Positions 1 to 8,870 of a stretch of DNA of 32,190 bases are shown here, piece by piece (within the stretch, counting starts at the first letter, position 1; each line of letters opens with the position of its first letter). Under the pieces are notes generated by a model, which did not search any database, was not told where the DNA came from, and saw nothing but the letters and a program-made list of their open reading frames with translations. Source of the stretch: a virus (lineage: Duplodnaviria; Caudoviricetes). The stretch is from IMG/VR virus record IMGVR_UViG_3300037963_001094, positions 1-32,190 of that record, one strand, 5' to 3'. Both the position numbers and the translations under genes were made by a program.

Positions 1-1
1 T

Positions 2-958
2 CAAGATGCTTTGAATGAATTTTATCGTCAGTTTCCTAGAACTGAAGAGCATGCATTTAGAGATGAAACTAAAAATAGTCTATTTAATTTAGTTAAGATA
101 TACGAGCAAATAGATTACAATGATGAAAATAGGAGTGTATCAACAATAAACACGGGTAATTTTCAATGGGTTGGTGGAGTCAAAGATACTAGTGTTGATT
201 TTTATCCAGACCCAAATGGTAGATTTAAGGTTAGTTGGGTTCCTGTTAAAAGGTTGCAAAACAATGTTATAATTAAAAATGGCATAAAGTATCCAGGTAA
301 CGAACATATGGGAGCATTTGGTTGTGACTCGTATGATATATCTGGAACTGTGGATAAAAGAGGATCAAAAGGAGCTTTACATGGATTGACTAAGTTTTCT
401 ATGGAAGATGCTCCAGCAAATAGTTTTTTTCTTGAGTATATAGCTAGACCACAAACGGCTGAGATATTTTTTGAAGATGTTTTAATGGCGCTAGTATTTT
501 ATGGGATGCCACTACTTGCAGAGAATAATAAACCAAGGTTATTATACTATTTACGTAGAAGAGGTTATAGAGGTTTTAGTATGAATAGACCAGATAAAAT
601 TTGGAACAAATTATCAGTTGCAGAAAAAGAAGTTGGTGGAATACCAAATTCTAGTGAAGACATAAAACAAGCACACGCTGCCGCAATAGAGGCTTATATA
701 AACGATCATGTTGGGTTATTAGGTGATGGTACTTATGGTAATGTTTACTTTAACGAAACACTTAATGACTGGGCTAGGTTCGATATAAATAAAAGAACAA
801 AGCATGATGCATCGATAAGTTCTGGATTAGCAATAATGGCTTGTAATAGACATTTATATAGACCAAATCCAAAAGTTGAAAAACCGTCTTTAAACCTAAA
901 TATATCAAGATACAGTAATAAAGGATTTCAATCAACAATAATAAAAAATAAAGTATGA
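2..958 (+). CDS. terL: Terminase large subunit, C-terminal nuclease domain (5'-truncated by the window edge)
   Basis: The frame is open from base 2 (QDALNEFYRQFP...), so the TTG at 11 is not the true start. RNase H-like nuclease motifs AFGCDSYD, LLAENNK and KHDASISSGLA are present, and the gene overlaps the portal start (ATGA at 955-958). Confidence 0.88.
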   Translation, partial: QDALNEFYRQFPRTEEHAFRDETKNSLFNLVKIYEQIDYNDENRSVSTINTGNFQWVGGVKDTSVDFYPDPNGRFKVSWVPVKRLQNNVIIKNGIKYPGNEHMGAFGCDSYDISGTVDKRGSKGALHGLTKFSMEDAPANSFFLEYIARPQTAEIFFEDVLMALVFYGMPLLAENNKPRLLYYLRRRGYRGFSMNRPDKIWNKLSVAEKEVGGIPNSSEDIKQAHAAAIEAYINDHVGLLGDGTYGNVYFNETLNDWARFDINKRTKHDASISSGLAIMACNRHLYRPNPKVEKPSLNLNISRYSNKGFQSTIIKNKV

Positions 959-3320
959 CAGAGTCTGTTGTAAATTTTCCGTCTCAAGCGGTTAGTGATT
1001 TAGAAAAAATAAGTGAAGACTACGGTTTAAAAATAGCTAGAGCTATTAAACACGAGTGGTTCGCAGAAAATGCATCTAAGTTTAGAAACAATCTTAATAA
1101 TTTTCATAAACTAAGATTATACGCTAGAGGTGAGCAAGATATTAAAAAATATAAAAACGAATTATCAATTAATGGTGATTTATCATATCTTAATTTAGAT
1201 TGGACACCAGTTCCAATAATTCCAAAATTTGTTGATATAGTTGTAAATGGTATGGCTCAAAGATCGTATGAGGTTAATTGCTTTTCACAAGATCAATACG
1301 GTGTTAGTAAAAGAACTGAGTATATGGAGTCTATGATAAGAGATATGCAGAGTAGAGAATATAACGACTTGGCTAAAATAAATTTTGATATAGATTTATA
1401 CGAAAACGAAAAAGACACTCTACCTGATTCAGAAGAAGAACTAAAACTACACATGCAGCTTAATTATAAACAAGCTGTAGAGTTAGCTGAGGAACAGGCT
1501 ATAAATGTATTAATGGAGGGTAGCGACTATGATCTTATAAGAAGAAGATGTTTATATGATTTAACAACACTTGGTATTGGGGCTACTAAAACCACGTTTA
1601 ACTATAGCGATGGTGCTAAGGTTAAATATGTTGATCCAGCAAACTTAGTGTACTCTTATACTGAGTCGCCATATTTTGATGATATATATTATGTTGGTGA
1701 AGTAAAAGAAATACCAATAAACGAGTTGGTAAAAGAGTTTCCAGATTTAAGTGAAAAAGAAATTGATGAAATTACTAAAAAATCTAAAGATCCAATAACA
1801 TACAGATCTAATAATAGAGATAAAAACAAAGTTCATGTATTGTATTTTAATTTTAAAACTCACAGTAATGATGTTTATAAATTAAAAACATTAGGTAGTG
1901 GTGCAGAAAAAGTTATTCAAAAAGATGATACATTTAATCCACCTGTGGAAAACATGGATGGTGATTTTAGTAGATTAGAAAGAGTAATAGAATCGCTTTA
2001 CGAAGGTGTATATATACTTGGGGCGGACAAACTATTGAGATGGAGAATGTGTCCAAATATGATGAGATCAGACTCTGATTTTAGTAGAGTTAAAATGAAT
2101 TATCAAATAGTTGCGCCTAGAATGTATAGAGGTAAAATAGAATCTACTGTTAGTAGAATAACAGGTTTTGCTGACATGATACAACTAACTCATTTGAAAC
2201 TACAACAGGTAATGGCTCGAATGGTACCTGATGGTGTATTTTTAGATGCTGATGGTCTAGCAGAAATTGATCTTGGTAATGGAACAAACTATAATCCACA
2301 AGAAGCTTTAAACATGTTCTTTCAAACTGGTTCTGTTATAGGTAGAAGCTTTACATCAGAAGGTGATATGAATCCTGCTAAAGTACCAATTCAGCAAATT
2401 CAAAATGGTGCTGGTGGAAATAAAATACAAAGTTTAATTACAACTTATAATTATTATCTACAAATGATAAGAGATGTAACCGGATTAAACGAAGCTAGAG
2501 ATGGTAGTGTACCAGACAAAAATGCTTTAGTTGGTGTTCAAAAACTAGCTGCAGCAAACTCTAACACAGCTACAAGACACATACTACAATCAATGTTGTA
2601 TTTAACAGCTGAAACAGCTGAGTGTTTAGCTCTTAGAATATCTGATATAATAGAATATTCACCTACAGCTAATGCCTTTATAAACGCTATAGGTGCACAC
2701 AACGTGGCAACATTAAAAGAGTTGAAAGACTTACATCTCTATGATTTTGGTATATTTATAGACTTGAAAATAATATACAAGCAGCTTTAGCACAACAATC
2801 AATTGATTTAGACGATGCTATAGATCTTAGGGAAGTTAGAAATATAAAACTAGCTAACCAATTGTTAAAAGTTAAAAGAAAAAAGAAACAAGAAAGAGAT
2901 CAAAAAATAGCACAGCAAAATATACAGGATCAAGCTAGAGCTAATCAAGAAACTCAACAGGTTGCAGCACAAGCTGAAATACAGAAAAATCAATCTAGAA
3001 CTCAAGCTGAAACACAGTTGGAGGAAACAAAAAATAATTTAAAAATAAAATATCTACAAGAAGAAGCTCAAGTTAAAAAAGAATTAATGGCTTATGAATT
3101 TGAATTAAATTCTAAACTAAAAAGCATGGAGAATAGTACAAAAAGTATGATAGAGGCTGAGCGTGAGAATAGAAAAGATCAAAGAGTAGATAGACAAGCT
3201 ATGCACCAAAAGGACATGGCAGCTCAAAGAAAGAGGGGTGAAACGTTTAATAAATTTGAATCTTCAGGTAATGATATAGTTACGGGAGGAGCAGGTATTG
3301 GAAAGTTCGGTCCTCGTTAA
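955..3320 (+). CDS. Portal protein, interrupted by a frame break at ~2763 (track ORFs 955..2790 and 2862..3320 are one gene)
   Basis: Follows terL and has crAss-like portal character (LDWTPVPIIPKFVDIVVNG, QMIRDVTGLNEARDG). After GIFID, the -1 frame continues LENNIQAALAQQSIDLDDAIDLREVRNIKLANQLLKVKRKKK into a Q-rich coiled-coil C-terminus. Joined length is ~788 aa. Confidence 0.85.
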
Positions 3321-3346
3321 TATTTAATATTTTATAAAATTTTATT

Positions 3347-4483
3347 ATGGCAGAAGAAACTAAAGAGGCAGCTGAAAAAGTTGTTGAAAAAGAAAATATA
3401 ACAAAAGTTAAAGTAAAACCAGATGATGGTGTTTACAAAGTTGATTTATCTAAACCACAAACAGTAGACGAAAAGGTAGAAGAAAAACCCGTCGAAGAAG
3501 AAGTGGTCGTAGTTAATGAAGAACCCAAGGTTGAAAAAGAAGAGGTTGTTGAAGAACAAAAAGAAGAACAACCCGTACTTCAAGAGATTACAGAGGAGGA
3601 GTTAATAGAAGAAGTTGAGGAAGCTGTAACAGAAGCAGAAACAACAGGGAAACCATTACCAGAGAAAATAGAGAAACTAATTAAGTTTATGGACGAAACT
3701 GGTGGTGATCTAAGTGACTACGTTAATTTAAATAGAGACGTTTCTAAAATGGACGACTCTGATATACTAGACGAATACTATCGTACAACAAAACCTCATT
3801 TATCAGCAGAAGAAAGAAATTTCATGTTAGAAGAAAGCTTTGGTATAGATGAAGAGGTTGACGATGAAAAAGCTGTACGAAGAAAGAAAATAGCCCTCAA
3901 AGAGCAAGTTGCCGAGGCTAAAGCCCACTTAGACAGGCAAAAGTCTAAATACTATGAAGATATTAAAGCTGGAAGTAAGCTCACTAGTGAGCAGCAGAAA
4001 GCGATTGATTTCTTTAACAGATACAACAAGGAAACTCAAAAGCAGAATAAAGTAACTGAGGCAAATAAAAAGAAGTTTAGACAAAGAACTGAAAATGTTT
4101 TCAATAAAGATTTCAAAGGTTTTGATTATCAAGTTGGAGACAAGAAATTTAGGTTTAATGTTAAAGACATAAATAAAGTTAAGGAGACACAAAGCGATCT
4201 TAATAATTTTGTCAACAAGTTTGTTGGTGAAAACAAAGATACTATTGAGGATGCAAAAGGTTATCACAAGTCTTTATTTACAGCTATGAATGCAGATGCT
4301 ATTGCTAGTCATTTTTATGAACAAGGTAAAGCAGATGCTATAAAAGCAAGAATTGCTAAAGATAAAAATATAAACCTAGATCCTAGAAAAACTCACGGCG
4401 AAACAGAAGTTGGTGGTGTTAAGTATAGAGTGTTAGGTGAAACTGCTAATGATTTCAAATTTAAAATTAAAAAGAAAAAATAA
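3347..4483 (+). CDS. Putative capsid scaffolding/assembly protein
   Basis: Lies between portal and capsid genes. It has an acidic E/V-rich low-complexity N-terminus, a helical coiled-coil middle and a basic C-terminal tip (FKFKIKKKK). Function is inferred from position and composition. Confidence 0.65.
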   Translation: MAEETKEAAEKVVEKENITKVKVKPDDGVYKVDLSKPQTVDEKVEEKPVEEEVVVVNEEPKVEKEEVVEEQKEEQPVLQEITEEELIEEVEEAVTEAETTGKPLPEKIEKLIKFMDETGGDLSDYVNLNRDVSKMDDSDILDEYYRTTKPHLSAEERNFMLEESFGIDEEVDDEKAVRRKKIALKEQVAEAKAHLDRQKSKYYEDIKAGSKLTSEQQKAIDFFNRYNKETQKQNKVTEANKKKFRQRTENVFNKDFKGFDYQVGDKKFRFNVKDINKVKETQSDLNNFVNKFVGENKDTIEDAKGYHKSLFTAMNADAIASHFYEQGKADAIKARIAKDKNINLDPRKTHGETEVGGVKYRVLGETANDFKFKIKKKK

Positions 4484-4503
4484 TACTTAAAAAAATTTAA
4501 ATT

Positions 4504-6009
4504 ATGGCAATTACAGGTGGAAATAGTTTGAATACAGTACCTGCTCCACAACAAGCAGCACTGTCTACAAACTACTTAGACCTTTCATCCACAAATGGAT
4601 GGGGTCAACAATATGTACCAGACCTAATGGAAAAAGAGGCTGAAGTTTTCGGACCGAGAACTATCTCGGGTTTTCTTGCTCAAGTAGGTGCTGAAGAGGC
4701 TATGACGGCTGATCAAGTCATCTGGTCTGAACAAGGTAGATTACATCTATCTTATACTGGAACCGTAGCAGCAGCTGGCGGTGTAAACGTTGATACTATT
4801 GGTGCTTTATCAAGAATAACTTTACAAAAAGATATTGACGGTAATAACATTACTTCTGGTGGTGCAGTAGCTGATCACGGTGTTAGAGTTAATGATACTA
4901 TTATAGTAGCTGATGCTGTTAACGGAGTTGTTAAATGTTTGGTTGTAAAAATAGATGACAACATTATTGATGTTGCTCCATACACTGTTGATAACTTATC
5001 AGCACAAGCAACTCCCAACGCAACAACTATATTAGTTTATGGTTCTGAATACGCGAAAGGAGTTTCGTACTTCGCTGACGCGGGAACTTCAACTCCACAA
5101 ACACAAGCTGATGCAAGAAGATCTAATGAACCAGCGTTCAAGACTTTTCAAAATAAACCAATTATTTTAAAAGACTACTACGAGGTATCAGGATCTGACG
5201 CTTCAAGAGTTGGTTGGGTAGAAGTTACTAGTGAGATGGGTGATACTGGATACTTATGGTATTTAAAAGCTGAATCTGACACAAGAGCTAGATTTACTGA
5301 CTATTTAGAAATGTCAATGTTAGAAGCTGTTAAAGACGGTACTTCTCACGCTGATGAAGTTGGTATAGCTGGTTCTACTCCAATTGGAACTCAAGGTTTA
5401 TTTGATGCTATTGAAGATCGTGGTAATGTTACATCTGGTGTTACAGGTGTAAACGCTGCTACTGACTTAGCTGAATTTGATTCTATCCTAGCTGAGTTTG
5501 ACAAACAAGGTGCTATTGAAGAATACATGATGTTTGTTAACAGAGCTACTAGTTTAGCTATCGACGACATGCTTGCTTCAATGAATTCTTACGGAGCTGG
5601 AGGTACTTCTTACGGAGTATTTGACAATGATGAAGATATGGCGTTAAATTTAGGTTTCTCAGGATTTAGAAGAGGTTCTTATGACTTCTACAAATCTGAC
5701 TTTAGATACTTAAATGATCTAGCTACAAGAGGAGGTATTAATGCTGCTGCTGGCGCTAACGCTATTAGAGGTGTTATGATACCAGCTGGTATGTCTTCTG
5801 TTTATGACCAACAAGTTGGTTCTAATATGAAGAGACCTTTCTTACACGTTAGATATAGAGCTTCTCAAACTGATGATCGAAGAATGAAATCTTGGGTTAC
5901 TGGTTCTGTTGGAGCTGCTACATCAGCATTAGATGCAATGCAAATTCATATGTTATCAGAAAGATGTTTGATCACGCAAGGTGCAAACAACTTTATGTTA
6001 ATGAAGTAA
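4504..6009 (+). CDS. Major capsid protein (HK97 fold, crAss-like, 501 aa)
   Basis: Position after the scaffold-like gene, size, strongly biased codon usage (GCT/GGT/ACT/TAC), a terminator directly downstream, and capsid-like motifs (WSEQGRLH, FQNKPIILKDYYEVSGSD, LSERCLITQGANNF). Confidence 0.85.
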   Translation: MAITGGNSLNTVPAPQQAALSTNYLDLSSTNGWGQQYVPDLMEKEAEVFGPRTISGFLAQVGAEEAMTADQVIWSEQGRLHLSYTGTVAAAGGVNVDTIGALSRITLQKDIDGNNITSGGAVADHGVRVNDTIIVADAVNGVVKCLVVKIDDNIIDVAPYTVDNLSAQATPNATTILVYGSEYAKGVSYFADAGTSTPQTQADARRSNEPAFKTFQNKPIILKDYYEVSGSDASRVGWVEVTSEMGDTGYLWYLKAESDTRARFTDYLEMSMLEAVKDGTSHADEVGIAGSTPIGTQGLFDAIEDRGNVTSGVTGVNAATDLAEFDSILAEFDKQGAIEEYMMFVNRATSLAIDDMLASMNSYGAGGTSYGVFDNDEDMALNLGFSGFRRGSYDFYKSDFRYLNDLATRGGINAAAGANAIRGVMIPAGMSSVYDQQVGSNMKRPFLHVRYRASQTDDRRMKSWVTGSVGAATSALDAMQIHMLSERCLITQGANNFMLMK

Positions 6010-6022
6010 TTTGTTTAAATAT

Positions 6023-6053
6023 GGGGGCAGCCAAGTGCTGCCTCTATTTTTTT
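6023..6053 (+). terminator. Rho-independent terminator after the capsid gene
   Basis: Stem GGGGCAGC (6024-6031), loop CAAGT, stem GCTGCCTC (6037-6044, one G-U pair), followed by TATTTTTTT. Confidence 0.8.
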
Positions 6054-6076
6054 ATTAATTTTTATTATATTATATT

Positions 6077-6964
6077 ATGGCAAAGAAAAAGAAAACAACA
6101 GTTGAGGTTGAAACTCCTCAAGTAGAAAATGAAACAAAACTACACCCCGAAGATCGGTATACTGTAGAAAAACCAGTGGTAGAAGAAATACCTAACGCTA
6201 GAAGAGTTTTAGACGACTTAAAACTAAAACAAAAAGAAAAGTCTAATGAATTCGAATTAAAAGATAGGGTATATTATTTAAAGGGCAAGAAAAAACCACT
6301 ATCTCTTTCAATTAGAACATCTAACCTGTTTTACTTTGACGAAGAAAAAGGTTATGAAAGAGAAATAAAGTATTGTCAAAACCAAACAACTTGTTTTGTT
6401 GATGAAATGAAAGGTCAACAAAGATTAGAGCATGTTGTTTTTAGAACTGGAGTTCTTTATGTTCCTAGAGAAAAAGCTACTTTACAAAAATTTTTAGCTA
6501 TACACCCACACAATGGCTCTATATTTTATGAACATGAACCAAAGAAAATAGCTGAAACACAATTAGATAGTTTAGTTTTAGAAGTTAAAGCTCTTACTGA
6601 AGCTAGAAATATAGATATTGGAATAGCTGAAGCAATAATGAGAGTAGAAGTGGGATCTGAGGTAGCTAAAATGAGTTCTAAGGAGCTCAGAAGAGATTTA
6701 CTACTATTTGCTAAGTCAAATCCTAATTTATTCTTAGAACTTGCTAGTGATGAAAATGTTATGCTTAGAAACTTTGGTATAAAAGCTGTTGAGGCTGGAA
6801 TAATAGCTTTAACACCAGATCAAAGACATTTCATGTGGACATCAAATAGAAGAAAGGTAATGACAATTCCATTCGATGAACACCCGTATTCTGCATTAGC
6901 TTCATTTTTCAAGACCGACGAAGGTATGGAAATATACGCTAATTTAGAAAAAAGATTAAAATAA
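6077..6964 (+). CDS. Phage protein downstream of the capsid gene, function unknown
   Basis: 295-aa ORF with a genome-typical start context (tatattATG), bounded by two terminators. Confidence 0.7.
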   Translation: MAKKKKTTVEVETPQVENETKLHPEDRYTVEKPVVEEIPNARRVLDDLKLKQKEKSNEFELKDRVYYLKGKKKPLSLSIRTSNLFYFDEEKGYEREIKYCQNQTTCFVDEMKGQQRLEHVVFRTGVLYVPREKATLQKFLAIHPHNGSIFYEHEPKKIAETQLDSLVLEVKALTEARNIDIGIAEAIMRVEVGSEVAKMSSKELRRDLLLFAKSNPNLFLELASDENVMLRNFGIKAVEAGIIALTPDQRHFMWTSNRRKVMTIPFDEHPYSALASFFKTDEGMEIYANLEKRLK

Positions 6965-6987
6965 AATAACAATATTTTAATTCAAGT

Positions 6988-7024
6988 AAAGATAGCCACC
7001 CGAAAGGAGTGGCTATTTTTATTT
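6988..7024 (+). terminator. Rho-independent terminator with a GAAA tetraloop
   Basis: AAAGATAGCCAC-CC-GAAA-GG-A-GTGGCTATTTTT, a long stem with a single bulged A and a T-tract. Confidence 0.82.
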
Positions 7025-7047
7025 AAGTGCTAACCTTTACCGTTATT

Positions 7048-7067
7048 ATGTAACTATAATAGAGTAA
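7048..7067 (+). promoter_or_regulatory. Candidate phage promoter, copy 1 (ATGTAACTATA-atag-AGTAA)
   Basis: Intergenic, directly after a terminator and 10 nt before ATG 7078; matches the copies at 18206 and 31026. Confidence 0.6.
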
Positions 7068-7077
7068 AATATATATT

Positions 7078-7242
7078 ATGAAATCAAAAGGATTAGGAGA
7101 TACCGTGGAAAAGTTTACCACAGCCACAGGTATTAAACCATTAACAGAACTTGCTAGTAGTGCTTTCGGATTTAAAGATTGTGGTTGTGATAAAAGAAAG
7201 AATTGGCTTAACAAGCAATTTCCATATAATAATAAACAATGA
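7078..7242 (+). CDS. Small 54-aa protein with a DCGC motif (not in the ORF track)
   Basis: Translates as MKSKGLGDTVEKFTTATGIKPLTELASSAFGFKDCGCDKRKNWLNKQFPYNNKQ*. It has a typical atattATG context, and its TGA overlaps the next ATG (ATGA 7239-7242), implying translational coupling. Confidence 0.8.
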   Translation: MKSKGLGDTVEKFTTATGIKPLTELASSAFGFKDCGCDKRKNWLNKQFPYNNKQ

Positions 7243-7949
7243 TAAACATAGATACAATATATCAAAAGGTTTTAGTATTAGCTAATAAAGAACAAAGAGG
7301 TTATATAACACCTCAAGAGTTTAACTTATTAGCAGATAAAGCTCAAATGGATATATACGCTAATTATTTTCACGCCTTAAAAATGGCATATGTGAAACCA
7401 GTGAAAACACAGGTTGGAACAAGTGGTGATGATTTAGAAATGATTCAAGCAAAACTACACCCTTTTAAAAATAGTAGTGCTTTTACTCTAAATGCAAATG
7501 ATACTATAGCAGCTATCCCAGCAGACGTATATTTTATAGATATTATTTCACAAAATAACGTGGAGGTTGTTGAGCTAACTAGAAAAGAAGCGGCTTATAC
7601 TCAAAATAATCCATTAACAATGGCTACAAACAGTAGGAGGGTTTATGTTAGAGAGCAGTGTGATACGCTTAATTGTTATATTAGTTTATATCCCACGCCA
7701 ACTGTAAACACAGATTTTACAATACACTACTACGTTGTTCCAACACCACCTAAATGGGGATACGTTGTTGTTAATGACAAGGCTTTATATAACAATGCAA
7801 CTAGTGTTGATTTTAAACTACATCCATCTGAAGAAGAAGTTTTAGTCAATAGAATACTAGAACTATCAGGGTTATTAATAAGAAGTGAGGAACTAGCTCA
7901 AGCGGCTATGGTTGATAAACAAAATACTAAACAAGAACAAAATAGTTAA
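7239..7949 (+). CDS. Putative tail ring / head-tail adaptor protein
   Basis: 236 aa with N-terminal helices (ANKEQRGYITPQEFNLLA) and a beta-rich core ending YPTP...IHYYVVPTPPKW. It occupies the ring-protein position of crAss-like podoviruses. Confidence 0.6.
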   Translation: MINIDTIYQKVLVLANKEQRGYITPQEFNLLADKAQMDIYANYFHALKMAYVKPVKTQVGTSGDDLEMIQAKLHPFKNSSAFTLNANDTIAAIPADVYFIDIISQNNVEVVELTRKEAAYTQNNPLTMATNSRRVYVREQCDTLNCYISLYPTPTVNTDFTIHYYVVPTPPKWGYVVVNDKALYNNATSVDFKLHPSEEEVLVNRILELSGLLIRSEELAQAAMVDKQNTKQEQNS

Positions 7950-7951
7950 TT

Positions 7952-8866
7952 ATGGGATTACTAGATAACTTAAACCAAAGTACATATTATAATGTAACAG
8001 ATCCTAAAGGTGATTATCAATTTACAACTTTAGATAACATTATAAATGCTTTTATGTTTACCTATGTTGGAGAGAGCAAGTTAATTACGAAAGTAAATAG
8101 AACAGATGTTCAATTTCATGCTATGAGAGCTGTTCAAGAACTTTCTTATGATGTTTTTAGATCAATTAAATCTCAAGAAATTGAAGTTCCAGGAACGTTA
8201 ATTATGCCTCTACCTCATGACTATGTTAATTATGTAAAAATATCTAGAGTAGATAGAGATGGTATTGAAAGACCTTTGTATCCAACAGGTAAAACATCTA
8301 ATCCTTTTGCAATAACTCAAGATGAAAACGGTACGTATCAATTTGAAGATAGTGATGGTGATGCTATTGTTGATGCTTTAAATGAACAAGGTGAAGTAAC
8401 ACCAGCTGGATTCGAAAGTAATACATGGACAAGTTTTCAAAATCAAGCTAATCCAAACGACGAAGACATTAGTCAAGCAACAGATATTGAGTACGATAAT
8501 AGAGGTAGAAGATATGGACTAGATCCACAAAGTGCTCAATCAAATGGAACTTTTTTTATAGATACTAGAAAAGGATATATACACTTTGGGGCTTCACTAA
8601 ATGGTGATACTGTAGTGTTAAGATATATTAGTGATGGTTTAGGAACTGATGCTGAAATGGTTGTACATAAGTTTGCTGAAGAAGCGGTTTATAAGCATAT
8701 AGCGTATGGAGTTTTATCAACTAGATCAAATATTCCAGAATTTATAGTTCAAAGATTTAAAAAAGAAAGATTTGCTGAAACAAGAAAGGCAAAAATAAGA
8801 TTATCAAATATTAAGATTGAAGAATTTACTCAGGTGCTAAAAGGAATGGGTAAACAAATAAAATAA
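7952..8866 (+). CDS. Putative tail ring / tubular adaptor protein
   Basis: 304 aa with LPHDYVNYVKI and VVLRYISDG motifs of tail-tubular/ring type; directly precedes the muzzle-like gene. Confidence 0.6.
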   Translation: MGLLDNLNQSTYYNVTDPKGDYQFTTLDNIINAFMFTYVGESKLITKVNRTDVQFHAMRAVQELSYDVFRSIKSQEIEVPGTLIMPLPHDYVNYVKISRVDRDGIERPLYPTGKTSNPFAITQDENGTYQFEDSDGDAIVDALNEQGEVTPAGFESNTWTSFQNQANPNDEDISQATDIEYDNRGRRYGLDPQSAQSNGTFFIDTRKGYIHFGASLNGDTVVLRYISDGLGTDAEMVVHKFAEEAVYKHIAYGVLSTRSNIPEFIVQRFKKERFAETRKAKIRLSNIKIEEFTQVLKGMGKQIK

Positions 8867-8870
8867 TATT

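Noticed and set aside
2788-2823. TAG stop-codon reassignment (known in some crAss-like phages) as an explanation for the split portal
   Set aside because: Reading through TAG in frame 0 meets further TAGs and a non-portal-like sequence. The portal continuation is in the -1 frame, and the other genes are intact in code 11.
3647-3653. GGGAAAC heptamer in the scaffold-like gene
   Set aside because: It is phased GGG_AAA_C rather than X_XXY_YYZ, and no downstream structure is evident.
5892-6125. 77-aa + strand ORF overlapping the capsid end, a possible frameshifted capsid extension
   Set aside because: It crosses the terminator and T-tract, has an implausible composition, and no slippery site was seen.
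7023-7265. 80-aa minus-strand ORF from the track
   Set aside because: Antisense shadow of the better-supported + strand gene 7078..7242.
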